Shown: positions 1-8,357 of the stretch, one piece after another
Layout of the letters: each line of letters opens with the position of its first letter
Position numbering within the stretch: position 1 is the first letter of the stretch
Source of the DNA: a virus
Taxonomy: Duplodnaviria > Caudoviricetes
IMG/VR virus record: IMGVR_UViG_3300046534_001090
Location: 1 to 55,000 of that record
Direction: 5' to 3' (one strand)
Length of the DNA: 55,000 bases
The notes under the pieces: model-generated
Told to the model about the DNA's origin: nothing
The model's input: only the letters and a program-made list of their open reading frames with translations
Databases searched by the model: none
Translations under genes and position numbers: made by a program

Positions 1-2
1 AA

Positions 3-305
3 CTTTTAGACGAGCTAGATGCTATGCCGGTCAAAAGGTTGATTGTCGAAGAACTGGAAATGGGCGGTGAGTTTTGCACCCTTGGAGTGATTGGAAAATC
101 CAGAGGTATAGATATGACAGCCCTACAACCAGAAGACACAGAGATAGTTTCTGAGAGGCTAAACCTTGCAGAGGCGCTAGTCAGAGAAATAGTTTACATG
201 AATGACGAGGCTGGGTACTTCAAAGAAACACCAGAATGCAGGTTTTCCAGAATGCGAGCGTGGGTAGCCGAGCAGATTAGGCCCGACACCCCAGTTAGCC
301 AATAG
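3..305 (+). CDS. Hypothetical phage protein, 5' truncated by the window edge
   Basis: Frame is open from position 3 (LLDELDAMPVKRLI...); ends in repeat-encoded PVSQ*. Confidence 0.75.
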   Translation, partial: LLDELDAMPVKRLIVEELEMGGEFCTLGVIGKSRGIDMTALQPEDTEIVSERLNLAEALVREIVYMNDEAGYFKETPECRFSRMRAWVAEQIRPDTPVSQ

Positions 306-317
306 GAGGCATTGATT

Positions 318-563
318 GTGAAAGAAGAATTTGAAGTTACAGACAAAGAATTGGCAGATGCTTTTAAGGGTACTAACTTTGGTAGTGCAGAGCCAAGAGA
401 GGTTATGAAAGATACCTTGCTTAAATGCGCTGGAGGTTACTGTACAGGCTACACAGCAGAACGGATTTCCATTGGGCTTGGACTAACAACTGTTAAATGG
501 AAGCTCACAAAGCGTGGCAAAGAAGTGCTTTATAGATCGTTTTGTATGCACATTAAACACTAA
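318..563 (+). CDS. Hypothetical phage protein (cassette gene)
   Basis: ORF 312..563; GTG at 318 lies 8 nt after AGGAGG (304-309) of the repeat. Confidence 0.75.
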   Translation: MKEEFEVTDKELADAFKGTNFGSAEPREVMKDTLLKCAGGYCTGYTAERISIGLGLTTVKWKLTKRGKEVLYRSFCMHIKH

Positions 564-589
564 CCAGTTAGCCAATAGGAGGCGACAGC

Positions 590-757
590 TAATTTATGTT
601 GAAAGTGGCGTTGCGTGATAACGCAAGAGCCTAGTGATTATCCGACGCGGAGTAGGGTTCGCCCCCGAAATAAAGCTGATAGATGAATGGAAATCTGAAA
701 ACGGTCTTTACAGGAAAAGGTGACTGTTAGCTACAGCGCCACTTTCAACATAAATTA
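590..757 (+). ncRNA. Putative structured non-coding RNA of unknown class
   Basis: Perfect 21-bp inverted repeat 590-610/737-757 enclosing hairpins 611-626, 641-651, 655-664 (UUCG loop) and a stem 674-682/724-732 with two G-U pairs on the + strand; no ORF of 60 aa or more. Confidence 0.6.
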
Positions 758-794
758 TAGAACAAACCCAGTTAGCCAATAGGAGGCAGTGATT

Positions 795-1457
795 GTGAGC
801 GTTGAAGGAATGAGTTGTTGTGTTGGAAACTTTGATGATTGTGAATATCCCAACTGCAATGAAGGAACAGTAATTGTGAAAGAACGTCCAATTTTATTCA
901 ATGCAGAAATGGTTAATGCTGTTCGAGCTGGTCGAAAAACTCAGACACGCAGGATAGTTAAATCGTGCCCTCACCCCAACACGGAAAGAGTGCAAAACTT
1001 CTATGGTGAAACATGGGACTGGCTGCGCTATGACGGATTAAGGTTAGGCAGTTTCACATGCCCCTATGGAAAAATAGGTGATCAGATTTGGGTTAGGGAA
1101 ACTTTCTCCGAGACTGATTACAGGACCGCATATAGAGCAGATGTTAACGATGGCATCCACTGTATTGTTGAGAAATGGACCCCATCTATCCACATGCCGC
1201 GATCCGCCTCAAGAATTCAGCTAGAAATAACCCGCGTTCGCGTAGAGAGGCTGAATGATATTAGCGAGGAAGATGCTGCCGCCGAAGGGTGTGATAAATC
1301 TAAGTCAGTTGCAGCTAGGACTATTGGTTGGTGTGAAACCCCTCTCAGAGCATTCAACCGCCTATGGAAGCAAATATACGGTGCAGATTCTTGGAACGCT
1401 AACCCTTGGGTTTGGGTGGTCGAATTTAAAAAGATAGAAAACTCAACTAGCCAATAG
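795..1457 (+). CDS. ASCH/PUA-like phage protein
   Basis: KERPILFNAEMVNAVRAGRKTQTRR, WVRETF, WTPSIHMPR and NPWVWVVEF motifs; start either GTG 795 or GTG 876. Confidence 0.8.
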   Translation: MSVEGMSCCVGNFDDCEYPNCNEGTVIVKERPILFNAEMVNAVRAGRKTQTRRIVKSCPHPNTERVQNFYGETWDWLRYDGLRLGSFTCPYGKIGDQIWVRETFSETDYRTAYRADVNDGIHCIVEKWTPSIHMPRSASRIQLEITRVRVERLNDISEEDAAAEGCDKSKSVAARTIGWCETPLRAFNRLWKQIYGADSWNANPWVWVVEFKKIENSTSQ

Positions 1458-1469
1458 GAGGCATTGATT

Positions 1470-1712
1470 GTGAAAAAGTTTGGCCCTACAAATGGATGGA
1501 AGCGTTTAGGCCGTGGTGTATATGAACATACAAATAATGCTCGTATTCACCGGCTTGGGGTTATCAGGCTTCCTGATATGACTTTCATATCCCTTCACTC
1601 ATGTAAAGCAGAATGCCAGCGAGGCAGGCAGCTTATTAAAATCAATGGTGGTAATCGTAAGCGAGGCTTAATGGCTTGGGCTATCGAACTTTCCACCCCA
1701 GTTAGCCAATAG
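1470..1712 (+). CDS. Hypothetical phage protein (cassette gene)
   Basis: GTG 1470 after the repeat SD; ends PVSQ*. Confidence 0.7.
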   Translation: MKKFGPTNGWKRLGRGVYEHTNNARIHRLGVIRLPDMTFISLHSCKAECQRGRQLIKINGGNRKRGLMAWAIELSTPVSQ

Positions 1713-1720
1713 GGGGCAGT

Positions 1721-1945
1721 ATGACAGTTTATATGTACATAAAAATGTTGGGAGTAGTTATCAGCATTACAGGCACACCCTACACAATGGAAGAATGCGT
1801 TAAAAGTCTTCAGGTTTTGAAGCTACCAGTAGAACTTCAAGTAGAAGCGCACTGCTCATACGATACGCCACAGGTATACACACCTACACCAGAGCAGCAG
1901 AAAACAATTGATGATTGGACAGCCCTTCAACCAGTTAGCCAATAG
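1721..1945 (+). CDS. Hypothetical phage protein (cassette gene)
   Basis: ATG directly after the repeat; ends PVSQ*. Confidence 0.65.
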   Translation: MTVYMYIKMLGVVISITGTPYTMEECVKSLQVLKLPVELQVEAHCSYDTPQVYTPTPEQQKTIDDWTALQPVSQ

Positions 1946-1972
1946 GAGGAATAAACAATAAACACCTAAAAC

Positions 1973-2001
1973 TTGTATATTCCCCCAAAAATCAGTAACT
2001 T
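1973..2001 (+). promoter_or_regulatory. Possible sigma70 promoter
   Basis: TTGTAT-17 nt-TAACTT upstream of the 2050 gene. Confidence 0.35.
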
Positions 2002-2049
2002 TAAGAATCTCGAAAGAGTTGCAGTTAATTAAAAAAGAAGGAGTAAGGC

Positions 2050-2379
2050 ATGAAAAAGATCTATTCGTTTTGGGTGTCGATTTTGCTAGGGATGGTACTG
2101 AGTATCAGCGCCCTAGCTGCGTCACCAATTCTAAACCTTGATTCTGACTCGTATCTGTACCGTCTCGACACATCGGCTGATTTGACTCCTGTGCTGCTTG
2201 CACAAGACGAAAGTATTGTCTTTTTGTTGAAAGACTTTGCAGACTTTGATGTTGGCATCCTGACAGAAAGCTACCTTATGGAACCGGCATTTCAAGTGCT
2301 TAAACCGGAAGGTTATTTAACATCTAGCTATCAAACGGCGCCAATCTTCAATTATGAAGTGGCTTGGCGAAGTTTATAG
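2050..2379 (+). CDS. Exported protein with Sec signal peptide
   Basis: MKK, hydrophobic stretch and ALA cleavage motif; AAGGAG SD. Confidence 0.7.
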   Translation: MKKIYSFWVSILLGMVLSISALAASPILNLDSDSYLYRLDTSADLTPVLLAQDESIVFLLKDFADFDVGILTESYLMEPAFQVLKPEGYLTSSYQTAPIFNYEVAWRSL

Positions 2380-2403
2380 GTTAGCTTAACGAGAGAGAAC
2401 AAC

Positions 2404-2432
2404 AAAAGGCCGGCTGATAGTTGGCCTTTTTT
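2404..2432 (+). terminator. Rho-independent terminator, possibly bidirectional
   Basis: AAAAGGCCGGCT-GAT-AGTTGGCCTTTTTT. Confidence 0.8.
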
Positions 2433-2484
2433 GTTAATTTCAACGCACCATAAACCATTTAATAAATTAAAAAGAGTAATGATT

Positions 2485-2979
2485 ATGGCATCAAGAGGCG
2501 TCAACAAAGTTATTTTAGTGGGCAATGTAGGTAACGATCCTGAAGTTCGGTACATGCCTAACGGCAATGCGGTAGCCAACATATCGATTGCTACCAGTGA
2601 AGTATGGAAAGACAAGGAAAATGGCGAGCAGCAAGAAAAAACTGAATGGCACCGGGTAGTCTTCTTCAATCGCCTAGCCGAGATAGTTGAGCAGTACATC
2701 AAGAAAGGCAGCAAGCTCTATATCGAGGGAAGATTGCAAACTAAATCCTATGAAAAGGATGGCCAGAATCATTATTCGACTGAAATAGTTGCCAGCGAAA
2801 TGCAGATGCTTGACACTAAGAGCACTCAAAAACAGGGTGAGTCCTACAATCAGGGATCCCCGGCTAGAGCCGAGAATAAGAAAAATGACTATTCTGCCGC
2901 AAGGGATGGTGATGCAAACAACCAAAGCCAGCCGGCACCAAGTAATTTCGATAACTTTGATGACGATATCCCGTTTTGA
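2485..2979 (+). CDS. ssb: Single-stranded DNA-binding protein
   Basis: [16 protein letters not shown] start, [15 protein letters not shown] and C-terminal DDDIPF; true start ATG 2485. Confidence 0.97.
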   Translation: MASRGVNKVILVGNVGNDPEVRYMPNGNAVANISIATSEVWKDKENGEQQEKTEWHRVVFFNRLAEIVEQYIKKGSKLYIEGRLQTKSYEKDGQNHYSTEIVASEMQMLDTKSTQKQGESYNQGSPARAENKKNDYSAARDGDANNQSQPAPSNFDNFDDDIPF

Positions 2980-3125
2980 CGGTTACCCAAAGGTTTGGCT
3001 CCGCTTATTATTTACCATTATTCGGGCTTAGTTACGCGGTTACGAATATTCTAAATACCAGGGGCATTTTATTACTTTTCTCTTATTCGGGATTGATAGA
3101 TTCTCTTTAATAATCATTATGTTGT

Positions 3126-3881
3126 TTGACTATTATGAGCATTGCAATCAATATAACGGGTATTAAAATTAGATGGGCCGGCCTAGTGAATGTTCCAACA
3201 ACTGTAGAAGAATATGCTGGATATCTTTTTGTATCCCTAACTACGTTTTTCTTCACTTGGGTTTTGAATCGAAAGAAAAACGAAGTTAAGAATGAACAGA
3301 TTGAAGAGAAAGATGATGAGATTAGAAATTTGAGAGCTGCCCTTGCTTATCGTGAGGGGAAGTTAGTACCAGTTCTTGATTGGTCAACGCAGGCCCAGAT
3401 AGACCGAAAGATCCAATTACTGAGGATTGATTTAAAAATCGAGAGAACTTTAATGCTATTTGCCTGCAATGGTAAGCAGGAGCCAACTGAAGTATCAAGC
3501 CTATGGATCAGAAACGATCACAACCAGAAAGAGGATAATCATTACAGGGTTACTTTAGATGATGATTACAGGGAAAGGCTGTATCTGATGAAGAAGTACG
3601 GGTATTTTTCTTTTCCTGCTGATGATGTTCCTGAAAACAGTTTGATAGCTGGTGTATATAAGGATCTAGGAGTTAAGCACTCGTTATGGACAATTCTTTA
3701 CTATGACGAAAACGAAAAGCTAGGAATAGCCGGTTATGTCTTTATGTCGTGGGTTAGGTTTGTTGACAATCCATTTACCGAAGAAGACATTCGGAAAGTA
3801 TTAGCAGTAGTTAATTTTAAATCTAGGAAGATGCTTGATAAAAAAGAGAAAGATCTAGCAATCCTCCTATCGAGGCACTAA
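3126..3881 (+). CDS. Membrane protein, putative holin-like lysis protein
   Basis: Single TM segment (YAGYLFVSLTTFFFTWVL), coiled coil and globular C-terminus; TAATG-coupled to the endolysin-like gene; start uncertain. Confidence 0.5.
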   Translation: MTIMSIAINITGIKIRWAGLVNVPTTVEEYAGYLFVSLTTFFFTWVLNRKKNEVKNEQIEEKDDEIRNLRAALAYREGKLVPVLDWSTQAQIDRKIQLLRIDLKIERTLMLFACNGKQEPTEVSSLWIRNDHNQKEDNHYRVTLDDDYRERLYLMKKYGYFSFPADDVPENSLIAGVYKDLGVKHSLWTILYYDENEKLGIAGYVFMSWVRFVDNPFTEEDIRKVLAVVNFKSRKMLDKKEKDLAILLSRH

Positions 3882-4423
3882 TGACACCAAAACTAGCGCA
3901 TAGCTTTCTTCTCCCTGCTTGTAGGCAATTATTCCCTGATGAGTTAATGGATGATAAGGCGCAGGCTGCAATGCTTACCATAGGAATGCAGGAGTCTGAC
4001 TTCTTGCACCGGCAGCAGCTGATTGGAAACCATAGAAACTGGTGGGAATCAGTTAGAGGACCGGCAACAAGTTTCTGGCAGTTCGAGAAAACCGGTGTTG
4101 CCGCGGTGCTTAGTCACCATAGAGCTGGACCAATGTTTGATGTAGCACTAAGAGCTCTTGGTTACCCAGCTGATGTTAATACGATCCACAAAGCCATTAC
4201 CCATAACGATATCTTAGCGGTAGCCATAGCTAGGTGCCTACTCTTCACTTTCCCCGATAGTTTGCCTGATTCAAATAATCCAGAAGAAGCCTGGCAGCAA
4301 TACCTATGGTGTTGGAGACCGGGAAAACCGAAAGAAAACAGATGGAATTCGCGCTATAATGCGGCTTGGGACATTGTTTCAGGTGTCAACGATAACCACT
4401 TATCACCCGAGATTGGTGAGTAA
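3881..4423 (+). CDS. Putative endolysin (lysozyme-like phage family)
   Basis: QES...HRQQ...GPATSFWQFE and W..YL..WRPGKP motifs recalled from a widespread proteobacterial-phage lysozyme-like family. Confidence 0.7.
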   Translation: MTPKLAHSFLLPACRQLFPDELMDDKAQAAMLTIGMQESDFLHRQQLIGNHRNWWESVRGPATSFWQFEKTGVAAVLSHHRAGPMFDVALRALGYPADVNTIHKAITHNDILAVAIARCLLFTFPDSLPDSNNPEEAWQQYLWCWRPGKPKENRWNSRYNAAWDIVSGVNDNHLSPEIGE

Positions 4424-4424
4424 T

Positions 4425-5141
4425 ATGAAAGATGTAATCAAAGCAGGCTTGTTTGCCGAAAGTGTTTACCACCAAGCTATCCCTAATATCCTAGCGAGCG
4501 AGGTTTTGTTCTATGATTCAATTCTGGACGAAGAAACGCAAACTATTGGGATGGCTTACTACACAGAAAATGCTATATGGCTATGTTTTGCTGGTACTCG
4601 CAATCGCCGTAACTGGCTATCTAACTTCAAGATTATTAAAAAAATGTACGGCGGCATGTTCAAGGCGCATAAAGGCTTTGCGGAATGCGCTGAAGCTCTT
4701 CAGGAGCAGTGTGAGGAAGCCATAGCAAAAAACAAAGATGCCGATATCTATATCGTAGGGCATAGTTTGGGAGGGGCTATAGCTGTTCTCATGGCTACAT
4801 TCCTCTATAAGCATTACGAAATCCGTAACTATACACTGATCACCTTTGGTCAGCCTTGTGTAACCTGGGGGAGAAACATTAAAAAGTATTTCCCTAAGAG
4901 ATATGTTCGCGTGGTCAATGGTAGTGATGCTATACCTAGAAGGCCTGGTATCGGCTATTCTCATGCTGGCTCGTTGCTATACTTAGATAACGATCAAAGG
5001 ACTTGGCGATTAAACCCAACTCGAGTAGGCACTTTTTTTGATAGGCTACCCACGCTATTCGGTCGATTTGGGGATCATTCACAGCAGTATTACAATAAAG
5101 TTTTAGGGCTAATGAAATGGAAAGACTATACTTCTTATTGA
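4425..5141 (+). CDS. Class 3 lipase (alpha/beta hydrolase)
   Basis: FAGT, AHKGF, GHSLGG nucleophile elbow, TFGQP, VNGSDAIP and terminal DH motifs; start ATG 4425. Confidence 0.9.
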   Translation: MKDVIKAGLFAESVYHQAIPNILASEVLFYDSILDEETQTIGMAYYTENAIWLCFAGTRNRRNWLSNFKIIKKMYGGMFKAHKGFAECAEALQEQCEEAIAKNKDADIYIVGHSLGGAIAVLMATFLYKHYEIRNYTLITFGQPCVTWGRNIKKYFPKRYVRVVNGSDAIPRRPGIGYSHAGSLLYLDNDQRTWRLNPTRVGTFFDRLPTLFGRFGDHSQQYYNKVLGLMKWKDYTSY

Positions 5142-5365
5142 TTTTGTCGACACTGATAATTTCATGCACATCAGTTACTTATGATGATAATTCGGGCAAA
5201 TCAGTGCGAGTTGTCGACTTTCACCCTGTCGGCGGTGCTGTCGATCTTTTTATATTCAGGCCGGATGGGACCATACTTGAGGCTACCAGAAGCCAGCCAT
5301 CTAGCGAGGCTTTAGTATCTGCTGTGATTGAAGGTGCTATTGATGGCATTAGCCCGTTAGAATAA
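5117..5365 (+). CDS. Small lipoprotein, possible spanin component
   Basis: MERLYFLLILSTLIISC lipobox-like signal; located in the lysis cluster. Confidence 0.6.
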   Translation: MERLYFLLILSTLIISCTSVTYDDNSGKSVRVVDFHPVGGAVDLFIFRPDGTILEATRSQPSSEALVSAVIEGAIDGISPLE

Positions 5366-5504
5366 TTGTTATGCTTGATAATATAGTGAATACTGCTGTA
5401 ATCATCGTACTGTCGGCATCTTGTCTAAGGTACGCCTGAAGTTTAACCAATTGGAGAGAAATTATGCCCAGAAAGGGTAAAGGATACGGAAAATAAACCC
5501 GCAA

Positions 5505-5738
5505 TTGATTAAGGGTAACTACCCAATCTATGCGATCTTGGTACTGTTGACAGGCGGTAGCGGGTTTAATCTGATTAGTGAAAACGCAGAATCAGAAAAG
5601 ACTGGCGCTACCGCCACTAAATTTCAAGAAATAAATTACGTTCAAGATGTAAAATACGATGCCTTGTTGCAAAGGGTTAATGACTTAAACACTGAGGTAC
5701 AGGTATTAAAGGCTAAAATTAGTAGGAGTCAGCAATGA
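5505..5738 (+). CDS. Small membrane-anchored coiled-coil protein
   Basis: N-terminal hydrophobic stretch and C-terminal heptads (LLQRVNDLNTEVQVLKAKI). Confidence 0.55.
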   Translation: MIKGNYPIYAILVLLTGGSGFNLISENAESEKTGATATKFQEINYVQDVKYDALLQRVNDLNTEVQVLKAKISRSQQ

Positions 5739-5753
5739 AAGGGTTTTTGCAAA

Positions 5754-6197
5754 ATGATAAGTAATATTTTTCTTCCAGGGCTTTATCTTGCTTTCATTGT
5801 AGCGTGGGTATTCTGGCTATTTCAGCATGTTATTCCAGAATTTCTTTGTATAGCCCAAGCGAAGCCAATCCTTTTTATTGTGAGAAATGGTAACACTTGC
5901 TCTATCAAAGTCGGCGGGAGAGGCAAACCCCATTGTTTTGGTGTAGATATTGTCAGTGCTTCTCTCGACTTAACCCATGTTGATTATCAAAAATTTGATG
6001 GGCAGAAATACAGCAGGAGAATTGTTATTACTGGAAGAACGGTTACTTTTTGTCCTGAAATTAAACATAATTTATGCGTCCGGCATGATGCGCCTGCTAC
6101 TGTCGTATTTGGTTCCCCCGAACCGTTACGAGAACGACAGACAATAGTTAATCTGCAAGTCAAAGGTGAAGTGAAATCTTCCTTAATTTCTCGGTAG
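5754..6197 (+). CDS. Hypothetical membrane-anchored protein
   Basis: 147-aa ORF with an N-terminal TM segment. Confidence 0.5.
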   Translation: MISNIFLPGLYLAFIVAWVFWLFQHVIPEFLCIAQAKPILFIVRNGNTCSIKVGGRGKPHCFGVDIVSASLDLTHVDYQKFDGQKYSRRIVITGRTVTFCPEIKHNLCVRHDAPATVVFGSPEPLRERQTIVNLQVKGEVKSSLISR

Positions 6198-6252
6198 GCT
6201 CGCCGGGGGCGAAAAGAGCCATATAGCAACAACTATTAATGGGATTAGCCAG

Positions 6253-7770
6253 ATGGCCAGCAGAGACATAGTAAGATTACCAGTGAGATTAGCAGTAAGA
6301 TTGGCGGTTAGATATCCGGTGTTGCGCTACTTCCTTCCGTTTGATCCTGTGCTTAACAGCTTCGGAGAACTTGCCACAGCTTGGACGCCAGCGGGTGATT
6401 TTAAAGCTGAGATAAACTTTTCATCTACTACGAGTTCTGGTATTTACACACTTTTTGAAAGCAGTGTTGATACGGAGCTTCTCTTTTGGATTAGGGACGG
6501 AAAACTTCAAGCGTATGTTGGTAATGGATCAGGTTGGGTAGTTTCAGCATTTAATGGCGTTGCCACTGTAACAGACGGCAAGTGGCGCAAAGCGGGGCTT
6601 AGTAAAGTTGGCAGCCTTTATACTATTTTTCTTGACGATGTAGCAGAAAGCACAGTAACAAACGCCACGGCTGTTACACCGTCTGTGAGCCTTGCAGGTA
6701 GAAGATGGTCCGGCGGTAACTACTTCCCAGGCGTACTAGCAAACCCCAAACTAACAGACCTAGACACCCCCGCCAACTCTTTAGAATTTAAGCTAAACAA
6801 AGCGACCGGAACCTACGAGTTGCCGGTTGGTAATGTGACGGGCACTGATAAAGTGGTTAACGGCGATTTTAGTCAGGGTACTACGGACTGGACTGTTGCT
6901 AATGCAGGTGCCCAAAACTTAATTTCAGTTGTAGATAGCCAGTTAAATTTTGTAGGAGATGGTTCAGCGGCTTTTGCTCTTGCAGGTAGTGCACCAATGG
7001 CCTTACCGGTCGGTGAAACATTCCTTATTACTGCCGACATAATAGCCTTTTCAGGGGCTATGCGAATGCTACTTGTTTCGGGTAACGCATCAAAAAACAT
7101 AACTTCGACTGGCAAATTTGAGTGGCTTTACACTTCTACAAATGGGGGTAGTCACCCGATGGGTCCATCGTTTAATAATGATGCCAACGCCTCTATAATT
7201 ATTGATAATATCAAAGTTCAGTCATTAACCAACGCTCTCCTGTACAACAACATTCCCGAAGCAAGCAGATTTCAAGCGGGGCTTGTCGGGCGGGATTGGG
7301 AGGGCACTACTACGCTAGTGGCTAATGGTACTTTTGATACCGGTAGTGACTGGTCATTACAGTCGGGGGTTACGATTTCGGGTGGTAAGTTAGTAATAGA
7401 CTCGTCCACAACTTTCGCACCACTAGCGACTCAAAATCTGTCTTTAGCAGACGGGGGCACCTTTAGACTTCGAGCTACTGCAAGCGGGTACGTGGAAGGC
7501 ACTGTTAACGTCCGGCAAGGCACTTCGGGCTCTGGCAATATAATTGAGATGGAAGCGAATGGGGACTTCACACAAAAATTTGGGGGCATAGCGGCATCTA
7601 CACTGGGTATCCGATCTAGCGCGGGTGACACCGAGGCAAACTTAGACACTCTTTCAATCAAATGGTTTTTAGAGGCACCACCCCTGCCAATAGCCTTGTT
7701 CAATTCAAGTGGTATAATGACGTGCGATGGCACACTTTCGTGCTCAGAAATAATACCTTGCGGAGATTAA
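6253..7770 (+). CDS. Beta-sandwich surface/virion protein with LamG/ConA-like and carbohydrate-binding-like repeats
   Basis: VTDGKWRK...YTIFLDD LamG-like segment; two domain starts, VVNGDFSQGTTDW and VANGTFDTGSDW. Confidence 0.65.
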   Translation: MASRDIVRLPVRLAVRLAVRYPVLRYFLPFDPVLNSFGELATAWTPAGDFKAEINFSSTTSSGIYTLFESSVDTELLFWIRDGKLQAYVGNGSGWVVSAFNGVATVTDGKWRKAGLSKVGSLYTIFLDDVAESTVTNATAVTPSVSLAGRRWSGGNYFPGVLANPKLTDLDTPANSLEFKLNKATGTYELPVGNVTGTDKVVNGDFSQGTTDWTVANAGAQNLISVVDSQLNFVGDGSAAFALAGSAPMALPVGETFLITADIIAFSGAMRMLLVSGNASKNITSTGKFEWLYTSTNGGSHPMGPSFNNDANASIIIDNIKVQSLTNALLYNNIPEASRFQAGLVGRDWEGTTTLVANGTFDTGSDWSLQSGVTISGGKLVIDSSTTFAPLATQNLSLADGGTFRLRATASGYVEGTVNVRQGTSGSGNIIEMEANGDFTQKFGGIAASTLGIRSSAGDTEANLDTLSIKWFLEAPPLPIALFNSSGIMTCDGTLSCSEIIPCGD

Positions 7771-7773
7771 ATA

Positions 7774-8340
7774 ATGGCAATCCCAAATATAGAATGTGGC
7801 GTAACTACTGGTGCGGAACTTGCGACTAGAAATAACGCTGCAAAAGATTTAGCAGAGAGGGCCACCACTACTTATTGGTTCGATGCAAACGATGCTGCAA
7901 CAGCGTCTTCACCCATAGCTCATAGCGCCAACTCAACTACTACTTTTTTAACCAATGACGCAGCAGGTTCTAGCACTACGTTCTATAACCCCGATTCAAA
8001 AGCGGCGCTGTGGAACACAGCTACAAACAAGTTTGATTTTAGTAGCTTAAAAACTGGTGATACTGTCGAATTTAGAATTGACGTAAACATAGCAAACGCG
8101 GCGGCGCAGGAGATTAATCTAGTCATGGACCTTGCTGAAGGCAGCGGTAATGAGTATAGCTTAAACGTCAACCATACTTATTTTAAAACGGCCTCGTCAG
8201 GCGATCAGATTACCGCGATGTTTCGCGTGTACATGGGCGATGAGGATACTAGGACGGGGACGGCAAGGTTTAGACTTACGTCAATTGCAGCAACTACTGT
8301 AGTTGTTAATGGCTGGTTTTACCAGATTACGTCGGTTTAA
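7774..8340 (+). CDS. Beta-rich hypothetical virion/fibre-associated protein
   Basis: 188-aa Thr/Ala/Asn-rich ORF 3 nt after the previous gene. Confidence 0.6.
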   Translation: MAIPNIECGVTTGAELATRNNAAKDLAERATTTYWFDANDAATASSPIAHSANSTTTFLTNDAAGSSTTFYNPDSKAALWNTATNKFDFSSLKTGDTVEFRIDVNIANAAAQEINLVMDLAEGSGNEYSLNVNHTYFKTASSGDQITAMFRVYMGDEDTRTGTARFRLTSIAATTVVVNGWFYQITSV

Positions 8341-8357
8341 TAAAGGGACTAAATCTA

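Larger units (their letters stand above)
291..1950 (+). repeat. Six dispersed direct repeats CCAGTTAGCCAATAGGAGGC, three extended by A(T/G)TGATTGTGA, delimiting single-gene cassettes
   Basis: Copies at 291-310, 564-583, 768-787, 1443-1462 (TCAACTAGCC variant), 1698-1717 (AGGGGG variant) and 1931-1950; each contains TAG plus an SD. Confidence 0.95.

Noticed and set aside
640-670. tRNA suggested by GGGTTCG
   Set aside because: No cloverleaf, acceptor stem or complete T-loop can be built; treated as part of the unknown structured element
590-757. Functional retron or DGR
   Set aside because: No reverse transcriptase motifs recognised in any ORF of the window, and no TR/VR pair noticed
291-1950. 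CRISPR array interpretation of the 20-bp repeats
   Set aside because: Spacings are 204-675 bp, irregular and contain whole genes; the repeat is not palindromic; no cas genes
291-1950. Integron attC interpretation (repeat contains GTTAGCC, similar to a core site)
   Set aside because: No inverse core or attC-length hairpin upstream of the copies (only a short CTAAC-CA-GTTAG at copy 2), and no tyrosine recombinase in the window
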